Assembly (NCBI GenBank): GCA_018711815.1
Contig: DVHU01000104.1
Coordinates: 90 to 64,089, forward strand
Length of the DNA stretch: 64,000 bases
From: Candidatus Egerieimonas intestinavium
GTDB taxonomy: Bacteria; Bacillota; Clostridia; Lachnospirales; Lachnospiraceae
Direction: 5' to 3'
The position numbers were made by a program, and so were the translations under genes. Below the pieces are notes generated by a model that had not been told where the DNA came from, did not search any database, and saw only the letters and a program-made list of their open reading frames with translations. Below, piece after piece: positions 59,918 through 64,000 of the stretch (positions are counted from its first letter, which is position 1; every line of letters starts with the position of its first letter).

Positions 59918-60601
59918 ATGTACAAGATTCTGTTGGTGGAGGATGATCCGGTGATTGCCGGGACCGTGAAAACTCAGCTCTCCGGCTGGGGTTATCAGGT
60001 GGAGTGCGCGGAGGATTTCCAGCATGTGCTGGAGCACTTCTGCCGCCTGGATCCCCAGCTGGTGCTGATGGATATTTCCCTGCCCTTTTTCAACGGCTAC
60101 CACTGGTGCAGCCAGATACGGAAGATCTCCAAAGTGCCGATTCTCTTTCTCTCCTCGGCCTCCGACAACATGAATCTGGTGATGGCCATCAACATGGGAG
60201 GGGACGATTTCCTGGCAAAGCCCTTCGACATGAGCGTTCTGGTGGCCAAGATTCAGGCCCTGCTGCGCCGGACCTACGAGTTTGCCGGCCAGACGGCCCA
60301 TCTGGAGCATCGGGGAGCCATCCTGAACCTGGCGGAGGCCACCTTAAGCGTGGGGGAGGAGAAGCTTTCCCTGACGAAAAATGAATTTCGGATTCTCCAG
60401 GTGCTGATGGAGCGTAAAGGGCGGGTGGTGTCCCGGGATAAGCTCATGGAGCGGCTCTGGGAGACGGACAGCTTTGTGGACGACAACACCCTGACCGTGA
60501 ATGTGAACCGGCTGAGAAAGAAACTGGCGGAGGCGGGCCTTGAGGATTTTATCGCCACCAAAAAGGGGATCGGCTATGTGATTGAACAGGAGCAGCTATG
60601 A
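59918..60601 (+). CDS. OmpR-family response regulator (BceR-like)
   Basis: Receiver domain (ILLVEDD, LVLMDISLP, KP) plus a winged-helix output domain (LTKNEFRILQVLM, LTVNVNRLRKKL). Confidence 0.9.
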   Translation: MYKILLVEDDPVIAGTVKTQLSGWGYQVECAEDFQHVLEHFCRLDPQLVLMDISLPFFNGYHWCSQIRKISKVPILFLSSASDNMNLVMAINMGGDDFLAKPFDMSVLVAKIQALLRRTYEFAGQTAHLEHRGAILNLAEATLSVGEEKLSLTKNEFRILQVLMERKGRVVSRDKLMERLWETDSFVDDNTLTVNVNRLRKKLAEAGLEDFIATKKGIGYVIEQEQL

Positions 60602-61671
60602 GATTTTTCTTTCGTTATCTTAAGGGACACTGGAAAATATGCCTGGGATACCTTCTGGGCTGCGGGATATTCTGGCTGATCTGCTGCGTCTACCGCATTC
60701 CGGCGGAGGCCTCCGGCTACACGGCCTTTCTCGTCTCCTTTGTGATGCTCCTTCTGGGAGGGACGGACTGCCTGCATTCCTGGCAGAGATGGCGGATTCT
60801 GGAACAGCTTAAGGAGAGGGAGTTTCTGACGGAGGAAATGCTGCCGGAGCCCCGCTCAGAGCTGGAGGAGGGGTACCAGGAGCTTCTGGGAGAGTTGATT
60901 CGGCGGAAGCAGCGGGAGGGAGCGGCCCAGCAGGGAAGGCTGTCGGAGATGACCGATTACTATACCATGTGGGTGCATCAGATCAAGACGCCCATTGCGG
61001 CCATGCACCTGCTGCTGGAGCAGGAGAGCCCCCAGCAGGAGAGTCCCAAGCAGGGAAGTCCCCACCTGTCTGGGGGGCAGGAGGGCCCGGTGGAAATTCC
61101 CCAAAGAAGCCGGGAGGAGCTGCTGGAGGAGGAGCTTTTCCAGATTGAGCGGTATGTGGAGATGGTGCTGGTCTATCTGCGCTCCCAGCAGATGGGGGAG
61201 GATCTCTCCCTGGCTTACCACCAGCTGGACGACCTGGTGCGCCAGGCCGTGCGCAAATATGCCCGTCTCTTTATCCGCAAACGGATTTCCCTGGATTTTC
61301 AGCCCACGGGGATGCGGGTACTCACCGACGAGAAGTGGCTGGTGTTTGTGCTGGAGCAGCTTTTGTCCAATGCCCTCAAGTACACTCCCGCCGGGGGCCG
61401 GGTGACCATCCGCCGGGAGGATCCGGGAAGCATGGTGCTGGCGCTGGAAGATACGGGTATCGGCATTACCCCGGAGGACCTGCCCCGGATATTTGAGCGG
61501 GGATACACGGGATACAACGGGCGCATGGATAAGAAATCCACAGGTATCGGGCTTTACCTGTGCCGGCGGATCACCGGGCGGCTCTCCCACAAGCTGACGG
61601 TGCGCTCCCAGGTGGGACAGGGAACCCGGGTGTTTCTGGATTTCACCCTTTATGGCGGGAGCAATGAGTGA
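60598..61671 (+). CDS. Intramembrane-sensing histidine kinase (BceS-like)
   Basis: Two N-terminal TM helices joined by a ~5-residue loop and no extracellular domain. H-box WVHQIKTPIAAM, N box LSNALKYT, G boxes DTGIGI / GIGLYL. Overlaps the RR gene by 4 nt. Confidence 0.85.
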   Translation: MRFFFRYLKGHWKICLGYLLGCGIFWLICCVYRIPAEASGYTAFLVSFVMLLLGGTDCLHSWQRWRILEQLKEREFLTEEMLPEPRSELEEGYQELLGELIRRKQREGAAQQGRLSEMTDYYTMWVHQIKTPIAAMHLLLEQESPQQESPKQGSPHLSGGQEGPVEIPQRSREELLEEELFQIERYVEMVLVYLRSQQMGEDLSLAYHQLDDLVRQAVRKYARLFIRKRISLDFQPTGMRVLTDEKWLVFVLEQLLSNALKYTPAGGRVTIRREDPGSMVLALEDTGIGITPEDLPRIFERGYTGYNGRMDKKSTGIGLYLCRRITGRLSHKLTVRSQVGQGTRVFLDFTLYGGSNE

Positions 61672-61675
61672 GGAA

Positions 61676-61719
61676 GGCTGTCTCAACCTTACAGAAATGT
61701 AAGGTTGGGGCGGCCTTTT
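61676..61719 (+). terminator. Terminator between the kinase gene and the ABC transporter genes
   Basis: 18-bp stem GGCTGTCTCAACCTTACA-gaaa-TGTAAGGTTGGGGCGGCC (3 G-U pairs) followed by TTTT. Confidence 0.75.
61684..61707. promoter_or_regulatory. Perfect 10-bp inverted repeat, candidate BceR-type response-regulator box
   Basis: CAACCTTACA-gaaa-TGTAAGGTTG. The core TTACA-N4-TGTAA fits, as I recall it, the box reported for BceR-like regulators. It lies ~60 nt upstream of TATAAT (61758-61763), which has no good -35. Confidence 0.45.
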
Positions 61720-61795
61720 GTAAGTTAGATCCATGGAAGGAAACCCAGGGAAGGGGGTATAATGATACCATCAAAGAGAGAAAGGGGAAAGACAA

Positions 61796-62566
61796 ATGGC
61801 ATTGCTGGAAGTACAGAATGTGAAGAAAATATATACTACCCGCTTCGGGGGAAATCAGGTGGAGGCTCTGCACAACGTGAGCTTCTCTGTGGAGAAAGGA
61901 GAGTACGTGGCCATTATGGGGGAGTCCGGCTCCGGAAAAACCACCCTGCTGAATATTCTGGCCTCACTGGATACCCCCACCGCCGGGGAGGTGCTGCTGG
62001 ACGGCAAGAGTATTCTGGGAATCCGGGAGAAGGAGCTGGCCTCCTTCCGCCGGGAGCATCTGGGCTTTGTGTTCCAGGATTTTAACCTGCTGGATACCTT
62101 CAGCCTGGAGGACAATATCTACCTGCCGCTGGTGCTGGCTGGGAAGGATTACCGGGAGATGCGGGAGCGGCTTGCTCCCATCGCCAAACTTCTGGGCATT
62201 CAGTCCCTGCTAAAAAAATATCCCTACGAGGTGTCGGGAGGCCAGAAGCAGAGGGCGGCTGTGGCCCGGGCCCTCATCACTCAGCCGGAGCTTATTCTGG
62301 CCGATGAGCCCACCGGAGCTCTGGATTCCAAGGCCACCGACAAGCTGTTAAATATGTTTCAGACCATCAACCAGGGCGGCCAGACCATCCTCATGGTAAC
62401 CCACAGTGTCCGGGCAGCCAGCCGTGCCGGCCGGGTGCTCTTTATCAAGGACGGGGAGGTCTACCACCAGCTCTATAAGGCCGGCAGAAACGATGAGCAG
62501 ATGTATCAGAAAATTTCGGAGACCCTGACGGTGATGGCGACGATGGGCGGTGATTATCATGAGTAA
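61796..62566 (+). CDS. BceA-like ABC transporter ATPase (MacB/FtsX-type)
   Basis: Walker A GESGSGKTT, signature VSGGQKQR, Walker B ILADEPTGALD. Confidence 0.9.
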   Translation: MALLEVQNVKKIYTTRFGGNQVEALHNVSFSVEKGEYVAIMGESGSGKTTLLNILASLDTPTAGEVLLDGKSILGIREKELASFRREHLGFVFQDFNLLDTFSLEDNIYLPLVLAGKDYREMRERLAPIAKLLGIQSLLKKYPYEVSGGQKQRAAVARALITQPELILADEPTGALDSKATDKLLNMFQTINQGGQTILMVTHSVRAASRAGRVLFIKDGEVYHQLYKAGRNDEQMYQKISETLTVMATMGGDYHE

Positions 62567-64000
62567 ATTCTTCTATACAAGACTGGCCAAGGAAAATCTG
62601 AAGAAGAATAAGTCCAGCTACTTTCCCTATATCCTCACGGGAATCTGTACGGTGGCGGTATTTTACATGATCCTCTCCCTGACCATCAATCCGGGGGTCC
62701 AGGAAATGAACGGCGGCCGGGATATGCAGATGGTGCTGCAGTTCGGCACGGCCATTGTGGCGATCTTTGCGGCCATCTTCCTTTTTTACACCAACAGCTT
62801 TTTGATCAAGCGCAGAAAGAAGGAGCTGGGCCTTTACTGTATTCTGGGCATGGATAAGGGAAATCTGGCGCGGCTGATTTCCCTGGAGACTCTGCTGGTA
62901 TCCCTGGCCTCCGTGATTGGGGGACTGGTGGCCGGCGTGGTGCTGGACCGGTTGATCTTCTGGATTCTCCTGCGGGTGGTGCGCTACGAGATACCCATCC
63001 AGTACCATTTCTATGCCCCGGCCCTGGTGATGACTGGGGCGGCCTTCGCCGGCATCTACCTTCTGACTCTGCTCTTTAACCTGCTGCAGATTGGAAAGGC
63101 AAAGCCTGTGGAGCTGCTGCGGGGCGGAAACGTAGGGGAGAAGGAGCCCAAGACCCGGCTGATTATGGCGGCGGCGGGAGCCCTGTGTATGGGAGCGGGC
63201 TACTATATCGCCATCACCACGGAAAATGTGATTGCGGCCTTTGCCCTGTTCTTCGTGGCGGTTCTGCTGGTGATCCTGGGTACCTATCTGATTTTTACCG
63301 CCGGCAGCATTGCGGTGCTGAAGGCTCTGCGGTGGAATAAGGGGTATTATTATCACCCCAGACATTTCATCTCTGTGTCAGGGATGATTTACCGGATGAA
63401 GCAGAACGCGGTGGGGCTGGCCAACATCTGTATCTTAAGCACCGGCGTGCTGCTGGCGGTGGCCACCTCCGTGTCCATGTACGCCTCTGTCCAGGAAATC
63501 ATTGAGACCCGCTATCCCACGGACGTCTCCTTTGTGATGGAGAATGATTCCTACAGCTTTGCGGGAGATATGGAGGAGGTAGTCCGGCAGACGGCCCAGG
63601 AGGTGGGCGTGGAGGTGAACAGCTACGAGGGCTATGCCAACCTGGAATTTACCGCCGTGAAGGAGGGCTCTGTTTTTTTGACAGATCAGGATTACACGGG
63701 AATGGATTTTTCCCAGGTGATTTTGGTTAATGAAGAGGAATATGAGCAGCTCACCGGCCGAAAGGCCCAGCTTGAGGCGGATCAGGTGCTGATATATACC
63801 CGGCGGGGGGACACTGACGACGCCCAGGTGGAGCTCTTCGGCAAGACCTATCAGGTGAAGGAGCATCTGGAGAATTTCCCGGAAAATGGCTCCGACCTGG
63901 CTTTGCTCATGGACAGCTATTATTTGGTGATGGATAACGACACGATGGAGGAAGTTTACAATGGACAAAAAGAAGCGTATCAGGACTACAGCAGCGACTA
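62559..64000 (+). CDS. BceB-like FtsX-family permease (partial, continues beyond the window)
   Basis: Reading frame open from ATG 62559 (overlapping the bceA-like stop) to the window end, so it is absent from the ORF track. MSKFFYTRLAKENLKKNKSSYFPYILT is a typical BceB N-terminus. It has four TM helices followed by a large extracellular domain. Confidence 0.8.
   Translation, partial: MSKFFYTRLAKENLKKNKSSYFPYILTGICTVAVFYMILSLTINPGVQEMNGGRDMQMVLQFGTAIVAIFAAIFLFYTNSFLIKRRKKELGLYCILGMDKGNLARLISLETLLVSLASVIGGLVAGVVLDRLIFWILLRVVRYEIPIQYHFYAPALVMTGAAFAGIYLLTLLFNLLQIGKAKPVELLRGGNVGEKEPKTRLIMAAAGALCMGAGYYIAITTENVIAAFALFFVAVLLVILGTYLIFTAGSIAVLKALRWNKGYYYHPRHFISVSGMIYRMKQNAVGLANICILSTGVLLAVATSVSMYASVQEIIETRYPTDVSFVMENDSYSFAGDMEEVVRQTAQEVGVEVNSYEGYANLEFTAVKEGSVFLTDQDYTGMDFSQVILVNEEEYEQLTGRKAQLEADQVLIYTRRGDTDDAQVELFGKTYQVKEHLENFPENGSDLALLMDSYYLVMDNDTMEEVYNGQKEAYQDYSSD

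Overview
High-GC (roughly 57-60% by eye) chromosomal segment of a spore-forming Firmicute, probably a Clostridia (Lachnospiraceae/Oscillospiraceae-like) gut anaerobe. I cannot name the species. About 58 protein genes are supportable. I recognised no rRNA, tRNA, CRISPR array, transposase, integrase or prophage gene. Most of the window is housekeeping: scpAB, glpK, cmk-ispH-rpsA, ruvAB, zapA, a U32 protein, a FtsW/RodA-PBP2 pair, two S11 DD-carboxypeptidases, potABCD, ytfI/ytfJ-like sporulation genes and an ABC-F ATPase. It also carries resistance and efflux modules: a MATE pump, a MarR regulator with a heterodimeric ABC exporter, and a BceRS-BceAB-like module that runs off the 3' end. Three loci stand out. 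(1) 9.1-14.7 kb is a translationally coupled five-gene locus built around an archaeal-type SipW signal peptidase. It holds three TasA/camelysin-like paralogues, one ending in a VPKTG cell-wall sorting signal, plus an 854-aa adhesin with a thioester-domain-like region and SpaA-type repeats but no sorting signal. No sortase or TapA-like gene is present. This is my best candidate for an undescribed surface-fibre system. (2) 30.7-36.0 kb is a Na+-translocating biotin decarboxylase operon with two different carboxyltransferases (acyl-CoA type and oxaloacetate/pyruvate type), one biotin carrier, one beta pump subunit, and an OadG-like subunit with a lipoprotein ectodomain. Its codon usage resembles that of rpsA. 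(3) 5.1-9.0 kb is a LysR-controlled operon with two cyclophilin-like-fold proteins, an aldo/keto reductase and an alpha/beta hydrolase. Many long ORFs antisense to real genes are GC-composition artefacts. All calls come from reading the translations and the DNA by eye; no database search was run.
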